A stretch of DNA of 64,000 bases from Podarcis muralis (Eukaryota), in NCBI RefSeq assembly GCF_964188315.1, contig NC_135668.1, positions 46,996,001 to 47,060,000 of the forward strand, given 5' to 3'. The position numbers and the translations under genes are program-made. Below are positions 22,780 to 35,879 of the stretch, piece by piece (position 1 is the stretch's first letter; the number at the start of each line of letters is the position of its first letter). The notes under the pieces are model-generated. The model was not told the DNA's origin and did no database searches. It worked only from the letters and a program-made list of their open reading frames with translations.

Positions 22780-24015
22780 TAGGGAGGTGTGTATTTTTAG
22801 CACCCACCTTATTTCTGTTCTGTGGAACCGTTTTGCTTATTCTTTATCATTGTTATCTGTTCTACTTTTAAAAAATATCTATGATTATACTGCAACCCGT
22901 CCTGGGACCTTATGGCTAAAGCCAGGTAAGAAATCTAATGAATAAAATAAGTAACTCAGCCGGCCACTTGCGCCATGTCAAGAATCTAAAAGAAACAACC
23001 ACACTCCCTTCCTAAATCTGCATCTGCTTCCATGTCTAGTCATTTTCTGGAGAAAATTCTTACTCGCCCTAGGGGAGCAGCTGTGCAGTCAGCTGCTCTT
23101 ATGAAGCCTAGTGGAAAGTTTGTGGTGGTTAATAAAACAATACGTTTCAGCCTCAACTTTCTGTGCTTTGCTGAAATCTTAGAAGCGAAACAGGGAGGCA
23201 GAGCACAGATTCCAGTGGTCAGGGGTAGAACTACTGCCCATTGCACACCTACTTGCTCTCTCCCTTGGCTATTAAAATGGAAATAAAATCGTGCAAAACA
23301 GTAACCAAGTGGGTGGGTGAGTGGAGAGAGAACTGTGTCATTTTAAATTTGCACTGGGTTAATATAGTTACAGAATTTAACTTTTCTTAGCACAGAATTC
23401 CCATACAGATATCGCCTTCCTTGCAAAACACACACCTGCCACCTACTAAGTTGAAGGCCTCATGCTTTCAAGCACCCAAGAGGGAAAGCAGCGCTGCTGG
23501 TGGTCAGGCGGCCCAGGAATGTTAACACATTTTCCAGAACAGAATTTGCAAGAGCAATGCTGGCTTGAGCTTGGAAAAGAAGGGAAGGGAGCCAAAATGG
23601 CTTCTTGCCTTTCTGCTTTCCTTTTTCTTAAAAATCATAAGGGGGGGGGGAGCCCTTGGGGGACTCCACATTCCTGCTGATTGCCGAGTTGTCTTTTCGA
23701 CATTACTAGAGAGGATGCTATCTCAGGACACTCCACACACAGAGCAGGCAGATAAATCGGAGAGTATCCAAAACCAAACCCCTCGGTCCCCAGAGCTAGA
23801 CTGTTACGGTAATTTGGGCAGAGAGTTCCAGGAGGCCTGGTACGCCTGAACTTTGAAAAAGTTCAACAAACATCTATGCTGAAGTCACAACTCTTATATA
23901 TCTATCTCCACTAATGCAACCTTCTCTACAAATGGGAAGATGCTGGGCTCTTGGGGAAGTGCAGTCAGATAATTAAGGCTGCCCTTCCCACAATGATTGG
24001 GCTCTTTAAACTTGG

Positions 24016-24052
<37 letters not shown>

Positions 24053-24200
24053 CAGTGCTTTTTTCTGGGGGACGCAGGGGGACGCATACCCCTAAACATT
24101 TTGTGAATCTAAGTTTGGCCTCATTGAGGGGCAGAATTTCAATATGAGTAGGAAAATGAGAGTACCCCTAAACATCCCCCCCCCCCGAAAAAAAGCACTG
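24053..24200. mobile_element. 148-bp hAT-type MITE in an (AAT)n tract
   Basis: TIRs cagtgcttttttc / gaaaaaaagcactg; ataataat on both sides. Confidence 0.8.
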
Positions 24201-24384
24201 ATAATAATAATATAGTCAGAGCTGCCAATTTTGGAAGCCATGAACACCCCGTGCCACCTCAATTCAGTTTGGGCAAAATGGTGATGCCAACTGTGCCAAG
24301 AGATCTTCTGTGGGTCTAGCTCTAAGATTTAGTGACCTGAAAACAGGCGCTTTCTACTGTTGCCTAGTTCTGCTGAATTGTTGT

Positions 24385-24387
<3 letters not shown>

Positions 24388-24438
<51 letters not shown>
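24388..24438. repeat. (AAT)n microsatellite (others: 24017-24052 AAT; 45462-45511 ATT/ATC; 56058-56090 AC; 7544-7561 GT)
   Basis: Direct reading. Confidence 0.97.
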
Positions 24439-26204
24439 GGATGCCCTTCCTCGGCCATACTTGAAACAACAGCCACCTGTTGCTTCAGGCTTCTTCCAAA
24501 TACTCTGCTTTTTCCCAGACCCGCAAGACAGGACTCTGATTTATGCAAATGAATCTTCTGCATCTGCCTTATTGGCTTCCTCTCTCCCCATGCTTGTAAA
24601 TTGTTTGCACTGATTTTAATATTGCATTTTAATATTGCTGCAATCCATCTGGGGTTCTTATAGTGAAAGGTGGGTACGAAATTCGAAAACAATCACACAA
24701 CTCACTAAGTTGCCTAAGGTACACGACTTTCAGCATCATAACAACAACATTAACTTTGGAATGCTATTAGTGACCTACCTTTCAGGGCTGTTATCTGATG
24801 TATGGGATGTGCTTTGAAAACGTACGGAAAAGGGCAACGTAAATGTTGATTGGATCGTCCAAGATGAGCCAGTTTCTCATCAGAATAAGCCACATAAAAT
24901 TGGGAATGAGCAAGGAAACCGCAACTCACACTTCCATCCCCAACCAGCCATCTTCAAAGCATACCAGTCAGTGACCCATAAGAAGAAGAAAGGCATTTGT
25001 TTTCTACCTTAAAAACCCATGCCTTCAAGAGCAACTGCTTTGTTTGAAAATGTGCAATTCACTTGCCTGGTCTTATTTTGGAATAGCCACAGGCTCACAA
25101 GTACATTAAGCTCTCAGGATAGGGAGGAATATCAGTCCAAATAATAATGAATCAGATCAATGTGGGTGACTTTGTGACTCAGTAGGGTGGAAACACTCCG
25201 TTCCCCTCAAGCACCCGAGATCTATCCTCAAACACCTTGCATTCTGAGCATTAAAACACAGGCAGCATTTTTTCCATGAATAGATGTGCAATGATTGTGA
25301 ACATTTGTATGATCTTCTCTCTCTCATGAGGCGCAGTTCTGAGGTCACGCCACAATCCAAGCAGTGATTCCTGGCAAAGGTACAAGCTGCAAATTTATCT
25401 AACAACTTACAGGAAGGCAAACGGGAATCTTTAGACAACAGGGTACCAGTAACAGGAGGCTTAGTTTCAACCAAGAACTGGAAGCAAACTAAGCCTCGAG
25501 AGCAGGAAGTTCAAACCTCAGAACAAAGCACTTGTACATTTTCAATGTTTTCAAACAATATACGGCAAGGAGGAAACAGCTTTGGTTCTATTAGCACCAG
25601 ACACTGATGAGCGGAATGACAACACCTGGATTAACAAAACATGAAAGCACACGTTGCAAAACTCTGTAAGCTCCTTTCTCACCATTAACCATGCAAAGAC
25701 GAAGGGCCCTGCCTTGTGCTGCACATGATTTAAAGCAGGGGTGGCCACGGCGGTACCCTCCCGATGTTTTCGGCCTCTAACTCCCACCAGCCCCTTTGAG
25801 CACGGCCAGTAGTCAGGGATGACAAGATCTACAGCAACCCCGCTGGCTACCCCTGGTTTAGAAGGCAAAGGCCGTCCAAAGGCAAGGGCAATTCATCTTC
25901 CAAACCACCCCTTCTTGGAATGGTAAGTAACGTTTTGCGAGAAGGTAAATCTCTCAGTGGCAAGAGGAGGGATTGGTTTGAGCAAGTGAGCATGGGGTTT
26001 CCAAAGGAGCTTGGAATTGGGTGTTTGCTGAACAATGGAGGGAGGGACCCCCCCCCAAAAAATAGCATCAAAGAGCTCTTGGAGGAAATAAACAAGGAAC
26101 GAGAAAAATAAGGAAAGTAGAGGTATAAGATGCATCCAGAACCAATAGGTAATACACACACACACACTTAGAAAAATAGGAAGCTTTCACTCCATCTTAG
26201 GGAC

Positions 26205-26385
26205 ATAGGAAGCTGCCTTATACTGAACCAGACCATTGGTTCACCTAACTCAGTACTGTCTGCACTGACTGGCAGCAGCTCTCCAGGGTTACAGGCAGCA
26301 AGTCTCTGCCTGTCGTACCTGGAGATGCCAGAGGTTGTACCTGGGACCTTTCCCCTGGAAGGCATGTGCTCCACCACTGAGCTAG
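26205..26385 (-). mobile_element. tRNA-derived squamate SINE
   Basis: Head tagctcagtggtggagcac; same body as the 5456 copy; tail aaggcagcttcctatg. Confidence 0.75.
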
Positions 26386-27786
26386 GCGCCTTCCCGAAAA
26401 TGCATTAGTTTTGTACTTGATTAGTCAACACTGCTAGTTTGACGGGAGGAATTAATCACTGACCGGATTGGTCTGCATTAGTTCTTTCAAGCAGGGCTGT
26501 AAATAGTTGGCAGTTTCCCCCCAGGCAGCATTTAGGATCCGAAGAGCCCCATGTGTATTTTACAAGGCGAGGTTGGTAACGAGTGGGACTGGAACCACCA
26601 AAATTCGGCAGGGAGAGAGAGGGCTGCTGTCCTCTTTGAAGCTGCCACTTGCTGCTATCTCATTCATAAACTTTTTTTTTTCCAACCCTGGTTGCCCAAG
26701 CCCAGAGGAAGGCAGTCATCAATGACATCCAGATTTATTCATTTTTTTAAAAAAGATTCTCGTTCACAGGGCTCTTTTAAAAGGCACTGCAAGGCTTTTA
26801 AGCTGAAAGAAGCTTCCCAACAATCCTGTGACTTGGCTCTATTAAGGTATCAACAATCATTTCTGAACAAGGGATGGAAGGCTGCCAAAGAGGTTTTCAT
26901 TCATACATCTACCAGTGCCTATATTTCTGAAGTGACGCGTTCCTCTTGGGAACATCCACTGCGCCTATCAGGGAGGCAGTGGGTGGGGATAATAACAAAC
27001 CCCAACAGAAAAATATTGAGCAGCCAGAAGAAACCTCAGCCTCCCCAGTCTGCAAAGCCCTCCTGTCTCCCCATCCATGGCTACTAGGGAGCATCGCAAG
27101 CAGCAGGCAGGCACAAGTCCTCGGTGGTTGGCTGGGGCTAGGACAGAGGACAAAGGCTCTGCCATGTCTTTCTCTTGGGCTCTGCCAGCCACCACCATTC
27201 TATGTTCTCCGTCTCTCTGCCCGATGCCTTCCAGACCCTCCTGGGCGTTCAGATTGGCAGAGAGGGCCTTCTTGGTAGTTCTGCACAACCCCCAGAAGTT
27301 CAAGAGGTGCTGCCAGCCCTGGAGACGGCATTCTCTGCGGGGGCCCTAAGCTGAGAGATTCCCTTCCCAAATGGGTACATTTGGGACTTTCATTTTATGG
27401 CTTCCATGGTATGCTAAATAGGCCCTTCTTTACTCGGGCCTTCGATGCTTGAGACATACAGGCAACTCCTGTTTTAGGCACAACCGGTATGTGCGCAGAA
27501 ACGTCATAAAGGCGTCACTGAAACATCACTAACAGGCCGGAATGGGGGCGGGCAGGGGTGGAGCAAGGCATTTGCAGACTCCGTCATTGGGGTTCCAATT
27601 CCACACAAGCGCACAAGGACCCAGAATGCAACTCCTGTGCAAGCGGGGAGTTGCCTGTGTATTTTTAGGCCCCACTCTGTTCCCTTGATTGGCATTTGTT
27701 TTATTAATTGGTTTTATTGCTGTGGGGTTTTTTTAATCGTGGTCGAGGGCATGTATGAAATTTAAAATAAGATAATAATAGTCATA

Positions 27787-28137
27787 GGGACGCGGGTGGC
27801 GCTGTGGGTTAAACCACAGAGCCTAGGACTTGCCAATCAGAAGGTCGGTGGTTCAAATCCCCGCGACGGGGTGAGCTCCCATTGCTCGGTCCCTGCTCCT
27901 GTGAACCTAGCAGTTCGAAAGCACGTCAAAGTGCAAGTAGATAAATAGGTACCGTTCCGGCGGGAAGGTAAACGGCGTTTCCGTGCGCTGCTCTGGTTCG
28001 CCAGAAGTGGCTTAGTCATGCTGGCCACATGACCCGGAAGCTGTACGCCGGCTTCCTTGGCCAATAAAGCGAGATGAGCGCCGCAACCCCAGAGTCGGCC
28101 ACGACTAGACCTAATGGTCAGGGGTCCCTTTACCTTT
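27787..28137 (+). mobile_element. Full-length Sauria SINE, subfamily B
   Basis: Sauria head and tail; 12-bp TSD aataatagtcat (27774-27785 / 28139-28150). Confidence 0.93.
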
Positions 28138-29225
28138 CAATAATAGTCATGGTACTGACAATAATAATAAATTCCAACCCCTGTTCTCCCATCACCACCA
28201 TCTTTTAGTTACCTCCACCGCTGCAGAAAGTATGCATCTGAATAACACTTCTTGGGAATCACAAGCGGGGGGAAAGCTGTTTTTCTCAGGTCCCGGTCAT
28301 GGGTTTTCCACAAGCATCCATTTGGCCACTGTGAGAACAGGATGCTCAGCTCCATGGCCCTTTGGCTTGACCCAGCAGGCTTCTTATTACGTTCTTACAA
28401 AATCAAGTAAGTCCAAATATTGTTTGAAATTTGGAAGAGCGGTTTCAGGCTGCCCCCCTCTCTCCCTGGGCTGGGAGTTCTCCAGTGGCAGATGGGATGG
28501 AAGAAAGAAAGGAAGGTTTGTGCGTTCTCTTAAATCTGCAAGGATACCTTCAGCAAAGGTGGCGTCTGTGAGTGTGCCCTTCCCCTGCTGCATTGTAGGC
28601 AATAACTTCTGCAAGAATAGTTCTGGAAGTCACATCCCGGGGACACAAGATGCTGTTGGAATAGGCCCTAGAATTCCTACTTAAGTGATGCCCCCCTCCC
28701 ACCTCCTCGGCTTTCAAAACAAGAAATTTAACGGCAGGCAATTAGACCTTATCACTTTACTCTAATTGCCTATTAAATCTCACATAAAAATGCACTGCGG
28801 TGCTGACTCTCAGAAGAGTTCATTCACTGACAAGAATGGGAGGGGAGCCCAAGGGGGGCATCTCCTGGTCTCTTGCGCTAAATGCCAGCTTGGTCCTCTG
28901 CATTCAATCATCTTGACAGCACCAACTTTTAACACCCAAGAATGCAGCAATGTGGAAGGTTCTAAGTTGGGCTGTGTATGTGGTGGTGTTGGGTGTTTTT
29001 ACAGATTTTCTCTTCTGTTGCAGATTATTTTTACTGCTTCCAGGAACAGACTTGTCTTGTAGAACATCTTCTAGTAGTTTTCAGATAGCTGATCTTTGCC
29101 ACCATCATTGTGGCTCACCAGGAAGACGCAGAAGGCTCAGAATAGGGTTCTCCCAACGCCGCTGCAACTTCCAGACTGGTGCAGCAGAATCTCCCAAATA
29201 AGAGCTGGCTCCTGGGGAACAGTCA

Positions 29226-29588
29226 GATAAAGGACCCCTGGACAGTTAAGTCCAATCAAAGGTGACTATGGGGTGTGGTGCTCATCTTGCTTCAGGCAGA
29301 GGTGGCCAGCATTTGTCCACAGACAGCTTTCCGGGCCATGTGGCCAGCATGACTAAACCGCTTCTGGCGCAACGGAACACAGTGATGGAAACTAGAGCGC
29401 ACGGAAACACTGTTTACCTTCCCACCACAGCGGTACCTGTTTATCTACTTGCAGTGGTGTGCTTTCGAACTGCTAGGTTGGCAGAAGCTGGGACAGAGCC
29501 ACAGGAGCTCACCCAGTCACACAGATTTGAACCACTGACCTTCTGATCGGCAAAACCAAGAGGCTCAGTGGTTTAGACCACAGCGCCA
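29226..29588 (-). mobile_element. Older, diverged Sauria SINE
   Basis: Co-linear with the other copies but with many substitutions and CpG loss. Confidence 0.85.
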
Positions 29589-30451
29589 TAGTCTGATGCT
29601 GTGTGGATGAAATATGCACAACATCACCCAGAAGCCTAGCTGGTGGTGGGTCCATTAGGTGCCGGGCAAAGGTCCCAAGAGGAGGTCTCTGTTGCCCCAG
29701 AGTGGGGGAAGAGAGACAGAATCTGCAGGACCAGAGACAGCTTGTAGGTAAGGAGAGCTGTTGCTTCCTATCTGAGGAGGGGCCCATCAGCAGAGATCAA
29801 TTTTTAAAAAGGGAGTGTGCCAGTTTGCAGCCTTGAACTGGAACGGCTGCTTGGTGCTTTGGGCTAATATAAAACATGGTTCAGAATTCTTCTAAGCAGG
29901 GAGATCTGCACCATGGTCTTCTATAAGGAGTTAAGGCATCTTTTGTTTCCTCCAGCACAATTCTTCTCATCAGCTGCAAGCCTACAGAGGCAGGATCTCC
30001 AGGGACAGATCCTGAATCATCTACACAGAGCCCCTTGGCTTTGGCAGTGCATTGCCCTAAGATCTGCCCCAGAAACTGGGAGCCTGCCCACTCAGCGCTT
30101 CTGTTCATGCACATCACCAGACAAGTCGCTTCCCAACCACCTCAGTATTAAGCATTGATTCTGATTTGTTTGCACAACGATTCCGAGAAGGATATATGAC
30201 GGCAACTGTTGACCGAGGGTTCATTATGGATTTAAGGGGGTGGTTATATGACATCACATCAAGCAATTCCTACCTCGCACTTTCCAGTCCATTTTTCCCG
30301 GGCTTTACTTTATTTTACTTTACGTTTATTTTTTGGAAGCAGGTTTCTTGCACAAGCCTGCCAGATCCACTTTAACTGAGCAGCTGGAATTTGCTGGTAG
30401 TGACTGAATTCTACCCGCAAAACAGCAACAGACTGGAAGCAGCAGAACATA

Positions 30452-30905
30452 CTGTATTTTTCCATGTATAAGACGCCCCCTATTTTTTTAAACCCCAAAT
30501 TAAGAAATTAAGTTGTTTAGCTTTTTGGGGGTGGGGGAGGTCACTTCCACCAATTGCTCATCCGCCTTCCCACCACTGCCAATTGCTTGCCACAGCCACT
30601 GCCACACCTTGCCGCAGCCACCAATTGTCTGCCTGCTCACTGCCACCAACAGCCCACCCACTTGCCGCAGCCGCCAATCACCTGCCCACCTCGCCACAGC
30701 CGCCAATCGCCTGCCCAATTGCCACAGCCAATCGCCAGCAGGCCTTGCCGCAGCCACCAATCACCTGCCCAATCGCTGCTGCCAATTTCCTGTTTGCTGC
30801 TGCCATTAATCGCACGTCCCCCCTCTGCATTCACTATGTGTGTATAGGACAACACCCAATTTTTTTTTTAGCAGAAAGCATCATCTTATACACAGAAAAA
30901 TACAG
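30452..30905. mobile_element. Tc2/pogo-like non-autonomous element with internal CCAAT-rich repeat
   Basis: TIRs CTGTATTTTTCCATGTATAAGA / TCTTATACACAGAAAAATACAG (20/22), TA on both sides. Confidence 0.85.
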
Positions 30906-33900
30906 TATTTCCCTTAAACGCTCCTTTCCCTGCACCACAGAGGACTGGCATTTCCGTTTGTCTGAATGATGACGGTAATCCAACTTCACGCTTACCCCCG
31001 TTGCTCTGCTTTGGCCTAAATGTACCTTTCTCTGACACTGGAAAAACTACCGTTGGCGATTTTTGCCAAGCAGCCAATGAAAGCGTTCCCTGTACGAGTC
31101 AGTGGAATTTTGACTTGGTGCCGCTGCCCAGTTACAAAAACAGCAACGAAGACAGGCGGGAGATCAGTAAGCAATGGCCGCAGCCAAGTGAGATGATGGT
31201 GTCAGGGTAAGGTATGTTCCAAAGCAAGCAACTCAAGACAGCCTCAGCCCATCTTCTGCTCTTTAATGGTGGCCTTGCACAAAAAAGGCAGAAAGAAAAC
31301 TGGAGCCAGGTGACCTGTCTGTCTATTAACCTCTGCGTTTTACCCAGGCAGATCAATAAGTGCTTTGCTAAATACCACATTAATGCACTCTTCGTTTATG
31401 ATTGAGCCCAGACGGGTTCCAGGGTACTAGGAAAAATAAACCTCTGTTAACACACGGACCACGTAGGCAGCTATTTCAGTTAACTTCAAAGGTGATTAGC
31501 ACGCCACAACCTAACACCATGAAGCCAAGCGTTATGAAACCTAGTGAAATGCAATGCTAATTGAGAAACAGGAATTGTTATTATCTTACACAAAAGACAC
31601 AGAGAACATTCTATCTGTGTCCGGCTTTTCTTCGGAAGAGCTTATTTGGATATCATGTAGAGATTGAGCAGTGCAAAGGTACTTTGACAAGCACCTGCCA
31701 GATGAATTATGGTGGCTTTTATAACTTCTGTGGAAGTCTTGTGCAACACTGCTGCGAACACAACAGGGTTCCTGTTTGGAATTAAAAAAAACAGGCCCAG
31801 CCACAGCCCTGTTCAAACTGTTTTCCTTTAAAAGCAACACCATCACAATTAATGAGAATGAGGATATTTTAAGTATCCCAGCCGGGCAGGCAGCTCGGTA
31901 AATTCTTGCGAAGTAGCAGATTTAGTTACATAATTTCCCCCCACCCCACCCCGCCAGTCTTCAAGTCGCTGTGAGTGTACTCCTCAGGGCAGGACAGCGG
32001 AACAATTTAAAATCATCGCGTTAACAGCAGGGTTAAAGAGGGGCTCAGAACTGGCAACAATGTGTGGGCCAAATGGCCCCATGCCATGCCTAGGACCCAC
32101 GGCTCAGCGGCAGAACACATGCTAAGGCAGGCAGAATGTGCCATCCCAACTCTGTCCTATGTTTTCTGCATCTGGTCCCTGTCCCCAGCCTCCAATTTAT
32201 AACCAAATATCTGTATTTTCTAATCTCTGCCTTTACCCAACCTCTCCCCCCCCCCCCCCAATTTTATCCACTGCCCAATTCCTTTAATAAAAGCAATCTG
32301 TGCTTTTCACTGTTCCAAGTCTCTGGTACATATCAAATTTTCCACTCAGGCTTTTTTTTTTAAGAACGGTTATTTATTCTTCCCACTCTGCAGAATTCCT
32401 CCAACAATATCAACAGCGGGTTGTCTCGACTATCTCTTCCTCCAGAAAGGAAGCCAGATGTGGTGGTGGTGGTGGGCGTGGTCACTTTTGGGAAGTTTCT
32501 TCCTTTGTGCCCCTGCTTGCAAAAGAGATTGACTCTCATGTAATCAATCTGCTCGGACCACGGCACAACTTCCTAAACCATACCTTCCCATATGGGCCGA
32601 ATGCATGCACCATGTGGCATGGAAAGTCTTATGCACAGGATTTTCCTTAAGCCAACGCTTAGCTCTCACACTTTTGAAAGGCTGATAGAGGAAACCTGTG
32701 AGCAAGTGCAGAGCAAAACGCTTCGGCAATCGAACCAAGTCCTGGCTCGTTGCTTCTTACACATTGGCAGGTGGCAAGTGGTTTGCGGAAAATGTCCTCG
32801 TGGGCCAAATTAGGACCTCTTCCACTTAGGACCACTTGGAGATTTTTGAAGTATTAAGACGTTTATCAATGCTTATAAATAAACCAATAAACCAATAGGC
32901 AAGACTGGAAATTGGAGGTTACCCACCACGGGCTTAAACCATGGTTTATCACTTTGGACATAACGTGGAAAACTTTGGTTTAACAAATGAGAAAAGTGCT
33001 CGGCTGCAGGAGGAGGATAGAGGTGCAAGAGTACTGTACCTTGCCTGTTTCCATCCCTAAATCATGTTTTGTTGGGCCAGGCAGGTTAGGGTCTGGACCG
33101 GGCTATTGACTGCTGTCAGGGTTGTGCACAAGTGATGTGCAAATTAAAGTTGAAGTTCTGGGCCAGGACAAAAAACTGAAATCTGCCGCCTGTATCAGAG
33201 CTGCAAAGTTGCACAGCTTTCAGTTTGCATACATTTTGTTTGGTTTTGCTAGTCTCAAGGCAAAGAGACTGAAGACACCCACCCCACCTGCTACGACTTA
33301 GTTCACCAAAATCATGATTCAGCTGCTTCGCTGGCTTCTTTCAGCAAACACTGCCCACACATTTTCAAGCATATTTGTGAAGCCTTAAGAGCTGCTCCCC
33401 CCCCCCCCCGCCCCAGGCTTCTTAAGAAGTCAATTTTTTTGCATCCAGTTATCATGCTCTGCGCTTTTTTCCATGGTTCCACTGTGTCACATCACTCATG
33501 GCTTCAGTTGACAGCTTAACCAGCTAGGTACGCTAATTTATCTCTCAAAGAGCACTTGCCAGCAGCATAGACATTACGTTTGACGCTGTCAGTCCTTTTC
33601 ACACAGAGCTGAGAAGTACATGCCTTGGTTCAGAAAGCAGCAGTATAACTAAGCCTGTGTCAGAACTGCCCCTCCTGCAGTGCCAAGTGGACACCATGCC
33701 ACAACTCTCCTCCTCAAAAAAACTCTATAGAGAAAGGATCAGGAAAGATGGGTTTTCAAATCACAGAGGAAATGGGGAAAGCTGAGCTTCAAAAATGCAG
33801 GTGCCAAGTCACCAGTTGCAGCACTGGTGAGATGCACGCTGCAGGAAGGGGGGGGGGGATCATCTCTGACCTTGGTGAAGGGTTGGCAGACCCGCTGCAG

Positions 33901-35520
33901 GTGGGGAACTGCCAGACCTCACTGTGGCTGGACACTTCCTGTTCCAGTTACACCCCAAATCTGAAGCAGAAGGTGGATCCGGGAGACCAGGTCTCCAATC
34001 TCTACAATTCATGAAGACCACCAAATAACCACCAAGTCCCAGCTCACATGGTTCTTGGGAGGATAAATCTGGAGGAGGAAGAGCCATGTACATCACCTTG
34101 AGCTTACTGGAGACAAGGTGGAATACAAATGCAGGAACGAAAGTTAACAGCAATCTTGACTTTTATTTTTGGCTAATGCAACATTGAAACCTCTTCTGCA
34201 AAACAAGTCAGAACTTAAAAGAGGAAGAGCCCTGCTGGATCAGACCAAAGGCCTATTTAGTCCAGAGCTGCGCCCATAGCGGCCAACCAGTGGCCTCTGG
34301 GAATTCCACAAGCAGAACATGGGAAAATACCCCTCTTCTGCTCGCAGTCCCCAGCGACAGAGGCATACAGCCTCCAATGGCAGCAGTCAGGACTGGTAGC
34401 CGCATGCTCCATTATTTTACCTAATTCCCTACATCTTGTAGCAGTGAATTCCACAGTTCAGGTGTGCACTCCATCCTTTAGTCTGTCCTGAATCTCCCAT
34501 CAGCTTCATTTGATGGTCTTGGGCTCTTAACATCAAGAGAGAAGGATAAAACTTCTCTCTGTCTGCTTTCTCAATGCCATGCCTACCTAACAGCCTTTAC
34601 AAAACTTTTCCTCTGCCCAGGATGCAATACAGATTGGAAACACAGGAACTGTCACAGAACGATGCAAATCCAGGATCTATGCCAAGCAACCCCACATACT
34701 CATACACAATATAAAAAGAACACTTCTTCTTCTTCTTCTTATTTAAAGTATTTATGCACCCCTTTTCATCAGAAAAGATAATTAAGCAGCTTACAAAGTA
34801 AAAAAAGACTATGTAATATATTAAAGATTGAATACAGTGTGGGAAAAATCAACCTCCATAAATAATAAAATATATCAAACTCCAAAACACAGAATTTCGT
34901 TCACTCAGTATAGTCGCTCAATATCCACATCTACTAACACGTGTCTGCACCTCAATTAACCTAAACACACACATTCACACACACACACACACTCAACAAT
35001 GACACATCCCAGCCAGGAGGTTCGATGACCCTCTAGGTTCCTCCCAACACCAAAATTCTTTTTGATTTATTATAAAAAATATTTATATCAGGGGAAAGAA
35101 TATTTATATCCTGCATTTTAATATACAAATCCGTTCAAGGCATTTTGCAAATAGTGTTAAGCTACTTTAAAAAAGTAAAATAAACAAAATCAATGTTATA
35201 AAATGTCACCAGGATCCTTTCAACAGGGCAGTTGGTGATAAGAGCAGCCCTGCGTGAGAAAGGGATAGTGTCCTGGGTAAATACACAAATAATATACAAA
35301 GGCTGCACTGCAGGACTGGCAACCTAGCGCTACGAGGCTAAAATCAAACTTAATCTAGGACTATGCAATGTTTATGAAGCAATGCAGAAATGGCAGTCCT
35401 TGCCCAGAATAGGAATTAAAAAACAAGACAGGAGGGAGGGGGAGTCACACAGTTATATGGGACGGGTGTCTAACAGTGCTATCCTAAGCATACTCCCCAC
35501 CCCCCAAGCACAAGTAAAAA

Positions 35521-35879
35521 AAAGGTAAAGGTACCCCTGCCCGTACGGGCCAGTCTTGACAGACTCTAGGGTTGTGTGCTCATCTCACTCAAGAGGCCGG
35601 GGGCCAGCGCTGTCCGGAGACACTTCCGGGTCACGTGGCCAGCGTGACAAAGCTGCATCTGGCGAGCCAGTGCAGCACACGGAAACGCCGCTTACCTTCC
35701 CGCCAGTAAGCAGTCCCTATTTATCTACTTGCACCCGGGGGTGCTTTTGAACTGCTAGGTTGGCAGGCGCTGGGACCGAGCAACGGGAGCGCACCCCGCC
35801 GCGGGGATTCGAACCGCCGACCTTTCGATCGGCAAGCCCTAGGCGCTGAGGCTTTTACCCACAGCGCCACCCGCGTCCC
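35521..35879 (-). mobile_element. Full-length Sauria SINE, subfamily A
   Basis: Close reverse-complement match to 6907-7270; TSD cccaagc(a/g)caagtaaa. Confidence 0.93.

Noticed and set aside
24354-24692. Poly-Ile ORF
   Set aside because: It is a translation of the (AAT)n microsatellite.
27459-27657. Possible Tigger-like MITE (caggcaactcc / ggagttgcctg)
   Set aside because: Short TIR and imperfect TA duplication; plausible but not well enough supported to list as a feature.
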